Counted from the first letter of the stretch, positions 1 to 10,383 are shown. The stretch is DNA of 64,000 nucleotides from Terriglobia bacterium (GCA_963664115.2 CAXWPJ010000010.1:1-64000); one strand, 5' to 3'. Notes: generated by a model from the letters alone, not told the origin. Numbers and translations: made by a program.

Positions 1-856
1 CAATCGAAAGGAAAGGCCAGCCATAATTGGCGCCGGATTCAAGAATGTTCACTTCGTCCCCGTGCTCATTAATCCAAACTTCGCCCGTATCAGGATGCAC
101 GGCCATTCCGTGAAGGTTGCGATGCCCGCTCGTGAAGATTTCCGGCCTGTAACCCTCCATTCCGACAAACGGATTGTCGTCCGGTACGGTCCCGTCGTCG
201 TGGAGCCGCAGAACCTTGCCAGCGTGACTACTCATATCCTGAGCGAGTTCGGGAACGCCCCGGTCACTGATCGCCACATAGAGGGTACCGTCGGGTACGA
301 ACACGATGCGCGCTGAGAGATGCCCGCGTTGATCCGTCGACGCATCGGCAACAAAAACGTCCTCTATATCGCCGAACGCCTCTCCGTCAAACACACCCCG
401 GGCCACGGCCATGGTCGCGCCAGGTTCACCCGTCTTGTTGTAGATGAAATAGATCCATCCGTTTTCGGAAAAGTCAGGGTGGAGGACAAGGTCCGTCAAT
501 CCACCCGATCCTGCCCCGGCTCCTTCACTGGAATGTATACCGGTAACCGTGCCCACTGGTTCGGGGCCGAGGACACCATCACGGATCAGACGCACCTGGC
601 CGTTGAGCTGAGTGAACAGCATCCCGCCATCGGGCAAGAAGGCCATCGAATGCGGGAATGACATGCCCTCAGCGATGGTCACAACACGAATCCGGTGCTC
701 CATGGTTTCAAATACCGGCCCCACCCCTTCAGCGGCATCGACGGCGGAATTTTCCGAAACCACATCTGCAGGTGTGCAGCCCGCAACGAGCACTAGACAC
801 ACCAGGACAAGGCACAGTCCCGAACGACAACACATCGGGGCGATCGGACGTTTCAT
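1..856 (-). CDS. PQQ-dependent sugar (aldose) dehydrogenase, GSDH/YliI family, lipoprotein; 3' end runs off the window
   Basis: Not in the ORF track; translated by hand from ATG at 856 (AAGGAG upstream): MKRPIAP...LVAGC lipobox, FPHSMAFLPDGG, HLSARIVF, GKVLRLHDDGTVPDDNPF, PEIFTSGHRNLHG, GANYGWP. Clear paralogue of 2189..3397. Confidence 0.9.
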   Translation of the reverse strand, partial: MKRPIAPMCCRSGLCLVLVCLVLVAGCTPADVVSENSAVDAAEGVGPVFETMEHRIRVVTIAEGMSFPHSMAFLPDGGMLFTQLNGQVRLIRDGVLGPEPVGTVTGIHSSEGAGAGSGGLTDLVLHPDFSENGWIYFIYNKTGEPGATMAVARGVFDGEAFGDIEDVFVADASTDQRGHLSARIVFVPDGTLYVAISDRGVPELAQDMSSHAGKVLRLHDDGTVPDDNPFVGMEGYRPEIFTSGHRNLHGMAVHPDTGEVWINEHGDEVNILESGANYGWPFLSI

Positions 857-1205
857 AGCGGGCTCCTTGCTGGTAAACAGTGCGACTTCACCGAGGTTCA
901 GTCCGTTTCCGACGGCTCTGGGAACCGCGGTGGCCGCACACTACCAAATCGGCGATTTGTAACGCTATGCGGGTTCAGGCGAGGAATATATCACGGTGAA
1001 TTGGAGGGGGACAGTAACAAAGTCATCGGTGGACCTGTCCTCTCAATGTGGTGAAGATATAGGGACGCATGAGAGTGCCCGTCGACTGCGTCACCTTACA
1101 CGTGCCACCTTTTTTGCCTGGCTCTGGCAGCACGTGGTATTCTTCGCAACCAACCGGCACAAAACTATCCTCAGTTTCAAACGAATTCAGACGGAGCAAT
1201 CGGCT

Positions 1206-2096
1206 ATGGAACCTAACAAGACGAGCGACTATCCCCAGGAACTCTGGTATGCGCTGGAGGACTACAACCACGGGCTGATTTCCCGCCGCAAATTCATCGA
1301 GCGCGCCCGCAATATAACGGTCGGCGGTCTGGCCGGCATAGCGCTTTTGGAAAGCCTGAGCCCGAACTATGCGTGGGGACAGCAGGTGCCCACCGACGAC
1401 AGTCGCGTCACGACCGAATACGCGACGGCCCCTTCACCCGAGGGCAATGGGTCCATCCGGGGTTATCTGGCGCGTCCAGCCAATGCCACCGGGAGGCTCC
1501 CCGGCGTCATTGTCATCCATGGCGCCAGCAGCCTCAATCCTCATATCGAGGATATTGCCCGGCGTCTGGCGACTGAAAACTTCATGGCGTTCGCTCCCGA
1601 TGGCGCGACCTCTGTAGGCGGCAACGCCGGAGGTGACACTCGAAGCGGCGAAGAACTGCTACGCCAGGTCGATCCTGCAAAGATGGAGGAAGACTTCGTA
1701 GCTGCGACGAACTGGCTGATGTCCCGTGACGACTGCACCGGGAAGGTGGCGGTAGCTGGTTTCTGCTTCGGTGGAGGGATGACCAACACTCTTGCCGTGA
1801 GAATGCCCGATCTGACCGCGGCTGTTCCCTTCTACGGCCGTGCCCCCGAAACGGCCGATGTCTCAAAGATCCGCGCGGCGGTTCTGGTGCATCACGCCGA
1901 ACTCGATGAACGTCTTCTCGCCGGTTGGCCCGCTTATGAAGAAGCGCTCAAAGCCAATAACGTCCAATACGAAGGTTACATCTACGCAGAGGCCAACCAC
2001 GCCTTCTTTAACGACTCGGGACGCCGTTACGGTGAAGCCGCTGCAAAACTCGCCTGGGAGCGCACCCTCACCTTCTTAAACTCCCATCTAAGGTAG
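1206..2096 (+). CDS. Dienelactone hydrolase family protein (YghX-like) with Tat-like leader
   Basis: SRRKF Tat-like motif, GFCFGG nucleophile elbow, AAVPFYG, HAFFND. Start moved to ATG 1206 (GGAG upstream) from ORF-track 996. Confidence 0.88.
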   Translation: MEPNKTSDYPQELWYALEDYNHGLISRRKFIERARNITVGGLAGIALLESLSPNYAWGQQVPTDDSRVTTEYATAPSPEGNGSIRGYLARPANATGRLPGVIVIHGASSLNPHIEDIARRLATENFMAFAPDGATSVGGNAGGDTRSGEELLRQVDPAKMEEDFVAATNWLMSRDDCTGKVAVAGFCFGGGMTNTLAVRMPDLTAAVPFYGRAPETADVSKIRAAVLVHHAELDERLLAGWPAYEEALKANNVQYEGYIYAEANHAFFNDSGRRYGEAAAKLAWERTLTFLNSHLR

Positions 2097-2188
2097 GGCG
2101 GCCCCTCAGTCCCGATGCCGCAAGTGCAACGCGCCCCAGCATTGAACACGAACTTTGCCGGGGCGCATCGGACGGGACACCTCCAGAT

Positions 2189-3397
2189 TCACCCTGCTGG
2201 CTCGATCCGCAAGATTCGACCCGCCGCAGCGTCTTCAGTTTCAGTAGTAAAGCGCCCTCCGGTGGGTGCATCCGTAGCGAAGTAGATCAATCCGTCCGGG
2301 CCCTGCCGCACATCCTTCACCCGTCCTCCGATATCAGTAAAGACCGGTTCGCTATCGGCCGATCCGTCTTCTTTGATAAAGACACGGCGCAGTTGCTCGG
2401 TGCGAAGACCGCCCACGAACAAATCCCCTTGCCATTCGGGAAATCTATCCCCGGTGTAGAAGGTGATGCCCGCAATATTGAGGACCGGAAACCACGAGAT
2501 AATGGGCGCGGTCAATTCGGTTCCTTCGGGAGCCTCGAGGACAGGCTCACCTTCACCGGAAGAAACGAAGGGCCAACCGTAGTTGGCTCCGGGTTGCAGC
2601 ATATTGACCTCGTCGCCATGCTCCACGGTATAGGGCGCTCCAGTCTCAGGATGAAAGGCAACTCCATGCAGGTTGCGATGCCCGAGGGTGAAAATCTCCG
2701 GGCGGTACCCGGACTGGCCGACAAAAGGATTGTCATCTGGGACGCTCCCGTCGTCACGAATGCGCATGACCTTGCCGATATGGTCACCTATGTCCTGCGA
2801 TTGCTCGGGCAGATTCACATCGCTGACCGTCAGGTAGAGCGTGTTGTCGGGACCGAAACCGATGCGTGAAGAAAGGTGCCCGCGCGTGGTCGACAGCGCA
2901 TCGGCCACGAAGATATCGGTCACTTCTCCCAATTCGGAACCATCGAACCGGCCACGGCCGATGGCTGTCGTGACACCCCCTTCAATGGGCTTCGTATACG
3001 TAAAATAGACCCAATTGTTTTCTGCGAAATCAGGATGCAGCGCAATATCCATAAATCCGCCGCCTGTGCCCGCCTGCACTTCAGGAACGCCGGCGATCGG
3101 TTCGGGAACAAGCACGCCGTCGCGAATGAGGCGCAACTGCCCATCCTGCTCGGTCACAAGTATCCCGCCATCAGGCAGAAACGCGAAGCAATATGGATGG
3201 CTCAAGCCCTCGGCGACGGTCACGACCCGAACCTCGTAGTCTGAGGTACTAAATACCTGCACTCCATCGTCGGCTGTGGCGGCAGATGAACTCTCGGAGA
3301 CGGGAACCTCGGATGCGCAGGCGGAAACAATCGTCAGAATCAGGACAGCAATGAATCCGGCGCCGGAGGCGCGCTTGGGTAACGATGAATGAAGCAT
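2189..3397 (-). CDS. PQQ-dependent sugar dehydrogenase, GSDH/YliI family, lipoprotein
   Basis: VSAC lipobox, GLSHPYCFAFLPDG, DIALHPDF, GHRN, GANYGWP, DVRQGPDGLIY. ATG 3397 with AAGGAG RBS. Confidence 0.9.
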   Translation of the reverse strand: MLHSSLPKRASGAGFIAVLILTIVSACASEVPVSESSSAATADDGVQVFSTSDYEVRVVTVAEGLSHPYCFAFLPDGGILVTEQDGQLRLIRDGVLVPEPIAGVPEVQAGTGGGFMDIALHPDFAENNWVYFTYTKPIEGGVTTAIGRGRFDGSELGEVTDIFVADALSTTRGHLSSRIGFGPDNTLYLTVSDVNLPEQSQDIGDHIGKVMRIRDDGSVPDDNPFVGQSGYRPEIFTLGHRNLHGVAFHPETGAPYTVEHGDEVNMLQPGANYGWPFVSSGEGEPVLEAPEGTELTAPIISWFPVLNIAGITFYTGDRFPEWQGDLFVGGLRTEQLRRVFIKEDGSADSEPVFTDIGGRVKDVRQGPDGLIYFATDAPTGGRFTTETEDAAAGRILRIEPAG

Positions 3398-3941
3398 TAG
3401 GGACTCCTTGTGAAAATACAAATAGTGGCCGCCTGTTTTCTGATCCAGCCTCTCGGCGCAGTCTCCGACCGGCAGCGCACCATCGTTTTCTAAGGGATGC
3501 GCCCTTCTAGCGACCGAACAAAATGGCACCGCTTGGACGTGGCCCGCAATGTCTCGGCTCCACACAGCGGAAACAACATCGTCAGCATACAGCCCTTCAA
3601 ACCATAAGCTATCGGATTTATCCCGCATCTTCCGATACCGAGACAGATCGGTTTCAAGTACGACATTTCGAGAAGCCACTCGATTTCAGATTTTTTGAAA
3701 ACTCAAGTGCATCCATTGAGAATTAAAAACTTGATGGATTGGAACCACAATTGTATCCATTTGCCCCTCCCTTCCATGCCTCACAAAAGGCACCTAGATC
3801 ACACGGGTCATATAAGATACCGAGATTCATCGGAAGGATTGGCACAAGGATCGGCGCGAGAGAACGCTGTCGTTTTGATACCGACCTCGAAAGGTAAAGT
3901 TGGGACTGGCGGGAGCGTTGCCTGACGAGATACCCGCTAGT

Positions 3942-5788
3942 CCCAAAACAAGCGCATAACCAGTCCGCCGAGGCCCAGTTCGCGCCGATAGAATTCGAGG
4001 CATAGAATCCCGTTCCCGGATGGCCTGTTCCAGGTATCGAGTTTCTGTTGAATCTGTTTCAGTTCAGCCTCGCTGGTGTTGGACGGTTGACAGAAACCGG
4101 GACCTCGATCGCCCGGGCTCAGAGTCATGATCGGGTCAACATCGCAGAGGCTGACGCAACACATCCACCCCGCGGAACAAGACCGGCAACCACCGGTTCC
4201 AGGCCAGGATCCGGAACAGAATGCGCCGCCCGGTGCGCACGAGTTGGCACGGCACAAGCATGAAAGCGTTCAAGAAGGTTTTGAACTCCATGCGCAGCAC
4301 GGTTTGCTTCTCAGCCTGATATTTTTGGCCCCAACGTCCGGTTTCGGGAAGCAGCAATGCAAACCACGCTTTCAGTGTCCAGGCCAGTGACGCGATCACC
4401 ATGTAGGCCCAGTTGCTGGTCTGATCTCCGACCGGCATCCGCAACGCCTGAACGCCGTTCTTCAACTGCTCAATGAGATTCTCCTGATTGCACCGTTGAT
4501 TGGCACGCATCACAATCTGGTCGGCCGGATCCGAACGGTTGGTAATGTAGAAGAAGTACCGGATGTCGTCAAACAACACCTGCTCTCCTTTGGCCACCGA
4601 CAGATTCTTCCGCACCACGACGACACGGTAGTCCCGATCGCAGGCTCCGGGTCGATACCGAAACTCGGCCACATCCTCACCCTGCAAGCGGATATTGTCG
4701 AAACCGCGCTGCCGAACGATCTCTTCCTTCACGTTGTCGGGACGTTGGCGCGGTTCGGTCGCCACGTCGTATTTCGCGGGCCGTTCCAGGCGCTTCCACT
4801 GGCGCGGCTCCAGTTCATCGGCCCGGGCCTTCAGGTTCGCCATCGCGTCAATCCCGAATATGAAACCCACCTGCTGGTCGTCCCATCCGTCCAGATGCCG
4901 GGTCTGGCTGAAGTCCGTGTCCCCGCGCAGCAGGATCTGGCGAAACCCCGCATGCCGGCACAATGCGATGGCTTGGTCGAACCGGACCGCGGCTCCTTCA
5001 TGCGACGGCCGGTTGCCGCTACGATTGACCAGATACAGCGGTTCGGCGGTGTTGGCCAGCGAGATCATCAGCGGGTGATATCCCCACGTCCCGTCGTAGG
5101 CCACGTCCATCCCTTGCTTGCATTCCCCCGTGGTTTCGGCCAGTGTCCCGTCCGCGTCCAACACCGCTTCTTCGAAAAACGCCGCCGGTTGCTGTCGCCA
5201 GACTCCGAGCCGGACTTGATTGGTTGCCTCCATCAGACACTCCACGTCGTCGGCCTCGAATCTCCGGCAGAAGTCTCCCGCCGTCGTCGGATCCGGAATC
5301 CGTTGCGCTCCCAGCGCATCCAGATACACCGCATCGTTGCGCCGCAGTTCGATGTCTTCCAGGCACGTTCCTCCGCTCAAGGCGTTGTAGGCGATGTTCA
5401 GCACGTGATCCGACTCGTGATACGGCAGGTGCCGCTTCAACACATGCACGCCCTTGTCGATGGCTTCGATCAGCCCGGTCCGCCGCGCCACCAGTTGCAT
5501 CGTCCCGATACCACCAACCGATGTGCCCCGCGTCCGCTCTCCCATCTCGTACTGAATGTTGCTCGCCGAAAACATCGGCTCTACCTGATCCGTCCAATGC
5601 CGGTCCCCAAGCCGACGTTCGATTCGCCGCTTGCGGTTCCTCATGTTCTTGCGCGTATAATCGTTCATCTGAAATGCCTCCTTTTCCGAAGAATCTGTTC
5701 AAGGTTTTTTTCGCACGGAGAGGGGGCATTTCGGGTACTTCCGCTCTTATTGCACTATCATTTCCTCGTCAATCACGCTTGTTCAGGG
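3942..5788 (-). mobile_element. IS1380-family insertion sequence, apparently complete
   Basis: Terminal inverted repeats CCCAAAACAAGCG (3942-3954) and CGCTTGTTCAGGG (5776-5788), 11/13 match. Flanked by direct repeat GCTAGT at 3936-3941 and 5789-5794 (core CTAG). Confidence 0.88.
4136..5668 (-). CDS. IS1380-family DDE transposase
   Basis: LDADGT, GYHPL, LLRGDTDF, RCNQENLIEQLKNG motifs; intact 510 aa ORF inside the inverted repeats. Confidence 0.92.
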   Translation of the reverse strand: MNDYTRKNMRNRKRRIERRLGDRHWTDQVEPMFSASNIQYEMGERTRGTSVGGIGTMQLVARRTGLIEAIDKGVHVLKRHLPYHESDHVLNIAYNALSGGTCLEDIELRRNDAVYLDALGAQRIPDPTTAGDFCRRFEADDVECLMEATNQVRLGVWRQQPAAFFEEAVLDADGTLAETTGECKQGMDVAYDGTWGYHPLMISLANTAEPLYLVNRSGNRPSHEGAAVRFDQAIALCRHAGFRQILLRGDTDFSQTRHLDGWDDQQVGFIFGIDAMANLKARADELEPRQWKRLERPAKYDVATEPRQRPDNVKEEIVRQRGFDNIRLQGEDVAEFRYRPGACDRDYRVVVVRKNLSVAKGEQVLFDDIRYFFYITNRSDPADQIVMRANQRCNQENLIEQLKNGVQALRMPVGDQTSNWAYMVIASLAWTLKAWFALLLPETGRWGQKYQAEKQTVLRMEFKTFLNAFMLVPCQLVRTGRRILFRILAWNRWLPVLFRGVDVLRQPLRC

Positions 5789-5918
5789 GCTAGTATACTG
5801 TTGGAATATGTTCAGAAATCTCGAATTCATTCACATCTATCATGCGAACGCGCACGCCCCGGTCTCGGATTCGCGGCCGGTCGCATGCCCTTCGCGCACC
5901 GCAAATAAAGGGGAACAA

Positions 5919-7072
5919 ATGAAGAGCAGATCGAGACAATCGATTCTTGTTGCTGCAGGAACGGTCGTCACTTGCCTGCTGGGCGTTGGGTTCGCCCCCG
6001 CTCAGGCTCAACCAGCCCAAACACCCCAGATGGCGGAAGACGTCTTCCTCAATGTCCCGGCCCTCAGTGGGATTCCCGTAGACGAATTCATGGATACGAT
6101 GGGGATGATCGCCGCGTCGCTAAGCGTAACCTGCTCGGATTGCCATGTCACCATCACGGGTGGCTGGGAAGAGTTTGCCCAAGAAACTCCGCTGAAGCGG
6201 ACTGCCCGCTCGATGATTGAAATGGTGAACCGGATCAACACGAACGAATTCGGGGGACTGCCTTTCGTAACTTGCTACACCTGCCATCGCGGAAACCAAC
6301 GCCCGCACGTCGTGCCCGATCTGGCGATCCAATACAATGTCCCTCCCGAAGACCCACATGACATCTTTTTTCCTACACAGCCGATTCCGGGAATGGCTTC
6401 CGCCGATCAGGTTTTCGACAAGTACATCCAGGCGGTAGGCGGTGCGGAGCAGTCGGCCAGCCTCACCAGCTTTGTCGCCACTGGCACCTACCGGGATACG
6501 ACACAGAACTGCAGCCAGTCCCGATAGAAGTCTATTCCAACGCTCCCGATCAGCGGACGACGATTGTCCACGTACCCTATGGAGACAGTGTCAGGACTTT
6601 CGACGGCCGCGATGGTTGGATCGCAGCTCCAGACAGAGCGCTGCCGTTGCTGCCGTTGACCGGAGGAAATCTGGAAGGCGCGAGGACAGAGGCGATCGTA
6701 TCTTTTCCATCCGAAATCCAACAAGCCTTCAGCCAATGGAAAGTCGGCTTCCCGACCTTCATCGACGACCGCGAAGTCCAGGTGATCCAGGGTACAAACC
6801 CCGGACAGGGGCAGGTCAACTTGTACTTCGACGACGAATCCGGCCTGCTGGTTCGACTGGTGCGCTATACCGAAACGAAGATCGGCACCGTTCCCACACA
6901 GGTCGACTACGCGGATTATCGGGACGTGTCCGGGGTCCTGATGCCCTTTCACTCAATCGTGACCTGGACGAACGGACAGGCCACCATCGAATTCGAGGAG
7001 ATTCAGCCCAACGTTCCGATTGACGCGGCACGATTTGCGACACCGGCCCCGTCCCCTCCACCCATATTCTAG
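5919..7072 (+). pseudogene. Frameshifted PufC-like diheme cytochrome c with C-terminal beta-rich domain
   Basis: CSDCH and CYTCH motifs. One base is missing at about 6492 (TAC CG GGA TAC versus TAT TCG GGG TAC in the paralogue). The shifted frame continues GYDTELQPVPIEV... to the stop at 7072, collinear with 27220..28386. Confidence 0.82.
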
Positions 7073-7375
7073 TAGCCCGGCCCGCGCCCAGCCGGGTTCG
7101 AGAGCAATCGAGCAGCGCCTGCGGTATGGAAACCGGGGCGCGGCGGCTAAGGTTGATCTCCTGGCTCAAGTCGACTAGGATTCCTCCAACTCCCAACCGT
7201 CTACCGGCAAATTTTAGGGTTGCTGGCTCTGACCCCGGACGCGCCTAGCGCGGGTCAGGTATTGCGGAGGGAGACAGAACCACGATCCCAGGCAATGGTT
7301 GGATCAAGATCGAACCAGGGATGAAATCGGTAAGTTTTGGAATCACATCCTGCTGAGGGAGGGTTGCACAATCCG

Positions 7376-8506
7376 ATGCCTATCGTAGGAAAACCGAGCC
7401 GAGTGAATACGCTTTTACGAGTGGGGGCCGCCACCTTCTGTGTGGTTGTCCTGGGGGTTGGGGTCTTCTCCCTGATGTCCCCGGGGCCAGGCAGCCAGGC
7501 TGATGGCCCAGAAACCGTGCGCTTGATCGCCATCGACGCCTACTCCCCGGCGGCTCTTTGGGTGCAAGTTTTCGAGGACTACTTCATCCCCGAAGTGGAT
7601 AGTCGCCTTGCTGAGACCGGGAACTACCGTGTGGACTGGACCACAGCTTTCAGCGGTACCCTGGCCAAAACCGGAGGAGTGCTGGAAGCGCTGCAGTATG
7701 GGCTCGCCGATATCGGCATCGTTACCACCCCGTTTCATCCCGACAAGGTGCCCTTTTATAACCTTAGCTATGTCACGCCTTTGGTGAGTGCCGACATCGG
7801 CCTGGTGGCCCGAACTGTGAGCGAACTGGCTGATCGCTACCCGCAGATCAAAGAAATCTGGTCCGACTACAACCAAGTCTATCTCACCACAGCGGGCGCT
7901 ATTGACACGTATCAGCTGGTAACGTCTCGGCCGCATACATCCCTGGACGCCTATCGCGGTCAAAGAATCGGTGGCGTCGGGTTAAATCTACGCTATCTGG
8001 AAGGACTCGGTGTCGCTGGGGTGACCACCAACCTGGGGGACTTCTACAACAACGTTGCCACCGGGCTTGTGGATGGTGTCGTCGTTTGGGCTGAAGCCGC
8101 CGTTTCTTACAAGCTCTTTGAGGTTGCCCCTTATCTCGTGGACGTCCGGTTGGGAGCGGTAACCTCCAAGGTGCTTACGATAAACGAACGCACCTGGCGC
8201 CAGCTGCCCGGCGAGGTTCAGGACGTCCTGATGGACACCGCCAATGACTATCGAGATGAGCTGGCTCGAGTCACCACACAAGTCGCTGCGGAAAGCCTGG
8301 AAACCTATCAGCGCATGGGCGGAACCGTCGTGACACTGACAGCCGAGGAGCGGGCGGGATGGGCCGCCTCCATGCCCAACCTCGCCGAGATCTGGACGGC
8401 GGATCTGGAGCAAAGAGGACTGCCTGGAAGACGGATTCTGGAAGATTACATGGACATCATGCGCGCCAACGACCAGCCCATCGTACGCCAATGGGATCGC
8501 GAGTAG
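7376..8506 (+). CDS. dctP: TRAP transporter substrate-binding protein (DctP family)
   Basis: GTLAKTGGVLEALQYGLADIG, GLVDG, KLFEVAPY, TWRQLPGEVQ; first gene of a P-Q-M operon. Start codon uncertain. Confidence 0.85.
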   Translation: MPIVGKPSRVNTLLRVGAATFCVVVLGVGVFSLMSPGPGSQADGPETVRLIAIDAYSPAALWVQVFEDYFIPEVDSRLAETGNYRVDWTTAFSGTLAKTGGVLEALQYGLADIGIVTTPFHPDKVPFYNLSYVTPLVSADIGLVARTVSELADRYPQIKEIWSDYNQVYLTTAGAIDTYQLVTSRPHTSLDAYRGQRIGGVGLNLRYLEGLGVAGVTTNLGDFYNNVATGLVDGVVVWAEAAVSYKLFEVAPYLVDVRLGAVTSKVLTINERTWRQLPGEVQDVLMDTANDYRDELARVTTQVAAESLETYQRMGGTVVTLTAEERAGWAASMPNLAEIWTADLEQRGLPGRRILEDYMDIMRANDQPIVRQWDRE

Positions 8507-8512
8507 GCCGCC

Positions 8513-9067
8513 TTGAGTCCTCCTGAAACCGAGCCACACAATAGAGACATCTCTCTCCTGAAACGAGCCTTCGCCGGGACCCTCTCCGGACTCAACAGCT
8601 TGGGTACGGCGTGGATTCTGGGCTTGATGGTTCTGATCAATGTCGATGTCGGGGCCCGATATCTGTTTAGTGCCCCCATCAACGGCGTTACAGAGTTCGT
8701 GGAGCTCTCCATTGTCGGTATCGTGTTTCTGCAACTTGGCGACGCCGTCAAGGCCGGCAGACTCACCCGCTCCGACGGCCTATATTCCATGCTGCTGACG
8801 CGGCGCCCCAAGCTAGGCCATGCCCTGGGCTTGGCTTTTGAACTCTCCGGCGTCCTCTTCGTAGGACTCATATTGTACGGTGGCGTCCCCCTCTTGATCG
8901 AGACCTACCAACGCGGCTATTTCGCGGGCAACCAAGGTTTGTTCGTCTTTCCCTTGTGGCCGGTGCGCTTGATATTGGTGGTGGGCTGTTTCGTGGTGGC
9001 CGTTCAGTTCCTGATATTTGCCTGGCAACATGTCGCGGTCCTCGTCAGCAGCAAAGAGTCCGAATGA
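8513..9067 (+). CDS. dctQ: TRAP transporter small permease
   Basis: Four hydrophobic segments, DVGARYLFSAPINGVTE motif; ATGA overlap with the next gene. Confidence 0.88.
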   Translation: MSPPETEPHNRDISLLKRAFAGTLSGLNSLGTAWILGLMVLINVDVGARYLFSAPINGVTEFVELSIVGIVFLQLGDAVKAGRLTRSDGLYSMLLTRRPKLGHALGLAFELSGVLFVGLILYGGVPLLIETYQRGYFAGNQGLFVFPLWPVRLILVVGCFVVAVQFLIFAWQHVAVLVSSKESE

Positions 9068-10383
9068 GTGGATTAGAAATTGGAATCTTCTCGGTGCTGG
9101 CAATCCTGGTGCTGATCTATTCGGGCCTGTACGTCCCGGTGGCCTTGGGCCTGGTCTCCTTCATCGGCGTGTGGCTGCTGCGGGGCACTCTGGAAGCGCC
9201 CGTTTATCTGCTGACCCTCTCTGCCGCCAACAGCATCGAGGATTATGTCTTCGGCGTAATTCCGCTATTCGTATTAATGGGTTTGTTAGTCAGCCAGAGC
9301 GAGGTAGGTCGAGACATTTACGAAGTCGCCAACGTTGCCTTGCGCCGGCTGCGAGGGGGTTTAGGGGTCGCAACAGTTGCGGCCAACGCCGCTTTTGCCG
9401 CCATCACTGGCGTCAGCATAGCCTCAGCGGCAGTATTCACAAGACTGTCGGTGCCGGAGATGATGCGCTTCGGATACCGGCCACGCTTCGCTGTTGGTGT
9501 CGTCGCCGGAAGTTCGGTGCTGGGGATGTTGATTCCGCCAAGCGTCATGCTCATCATCTACGCCCTCATCGCCGAACAATCCGTCGCAGATCTTTTCACC
9601 GCAGGCATCGTGCCTGGCCTGTTGCTCTCGCTGGCCTACTCGGTAGCCATTGTCTTCATGGCATATGTGTTCCCGGACTACGTGGGCGGGCCGGACGCCA
9701 GTGAACGAGCGGCCCTCATGCAGAGGACCATGGGCTTGATGGAAATGACAAAAAAACTGTCGCCAGTGGTGGTGCTCATCGCGTTGGTGCTTGGCGGAAT
9801 TTATGGAGGACTCTTCACGCCCACGGAAGCTGGCGCCGTGGGGGCTTTGGGCGCCCTGGTCACCGCCCTGATCAGGCGCAAACTGGACCGCGGACGCTTG
9901 TGGGCCGTCGCGGTGGAAACGGGGCACATCACGGCGTCGATCCTGTTTCTCATCGTGTCCGCGACCATGTACAGCCGCATGCTGGCCATGTCGGGTCTGC
10001 CCAACGATCTGGGTGTATGGATCGCACAGGCGGACCTCGGGCTCTATGGCATCCTGACCATTTATGTACTCCTGCTCATCGTTATGGGCACCGTCTTAGA
10101 TACCACGTCCATCATCCTGGTCATGGTGCCCCTGTTCATTCCCGTCCTTGCCCCGTTCGGGATTAACCTCGTCTGGTTTGGCATCGTCACCATCGTCGGA
10201 GCTGAAATCGGCCTGCTGACGCCGCCCTTGGGCATCGCCTGCTACGTCATCAAGTCAACTCTTGCGGATGATCGAATCAGCCTCTACGACATATTCGCGG
10301 GGGCGCTGCCTTTCGCCGCGATAATGCTGCTGGTCCTGATCCTGCTCATCGTCTTTCCATCGCTCAGTCTCGTCCTCGTGTGA
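9064..10383 (+). CDS. dctM: TRAP transporter large permease
   Basis: IPLFVLMG, LGMLIPPS, GLFTPTEAGA, IGLLTPPLG motifs; ATG at 9064. Confidence 0.93.
   Translation: MSGLEIGIFSVLAILVLIYSGLYVPVALGLVSFIGVWLLRGTLEAPVYLLTLSAANSIEDYVFGVIPLFVLMGLLVSQSEVGRDIYEVANVALRRLRGGLGVATVAANAAFAAITGVSIASAAVFTRLSVPEMMRFGYRPRFAVGVVAGSSVLGMLIPPSVMLIIYALIAEQSVADLFTAGIVPGLLLSLAYSVAIVFMAYVFPDYVGGPDASERAALMQRTMGLMEMTKKLSPVVVLIALVLGGIYGGLFTPTEAGAVGALGALVTALIRRKLDRGRLWAVAVETGHITASILFLIVSATMYSRMLAMSGLPNDLGVWIAQADLGLYGILTIYVLLLIVMGTVLDTTSIILVMVPLFIPVLAPFGINLVWFGIVTIVGAEIGLLTPPLGIACYVIKSTLADDRISLYDIFAGALPFAAIMLLVLILLIVFPSLSLVLV

Larger units (their letters stand above)
3918..5799 (+). promoter_or_regulatory. sigma70-like promoter split by the IS (-35 TTGCCT at 3918-3923; -10 TATACT at 5794-5799)
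   Basis: Removing the IS and one direct repeat gives TTGCCT-N17-TATACT. The paralogous gene has GCGTTGCCT-N18-TATACT at 27051-27083. Confidence 0.72.

Noticed and set aside
3711-3739. Imperfect inverted repeat ATCCATTGAG...CTTGATGGAT
   Set aside because: Single AT-rich instance with no supporting context for an operator or RNA.
4496-5908. 470 aa + strand ORF opposite the transposase
   Set aside because: Antisense shadow of a high-GC gene, with no motifs. The same applies to other long antisense ORFs such as 23824..24828, 26833..28359, 59635..61308 and 61483..62928.
5808-7072. Two separate genes, 5808..6527 and 6647..7072
   Set aside because: They are halves of one frameshifted gene, collinear with 27220..28386. 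There is no slippery heptamer, so programmed frameshifting is not supported.
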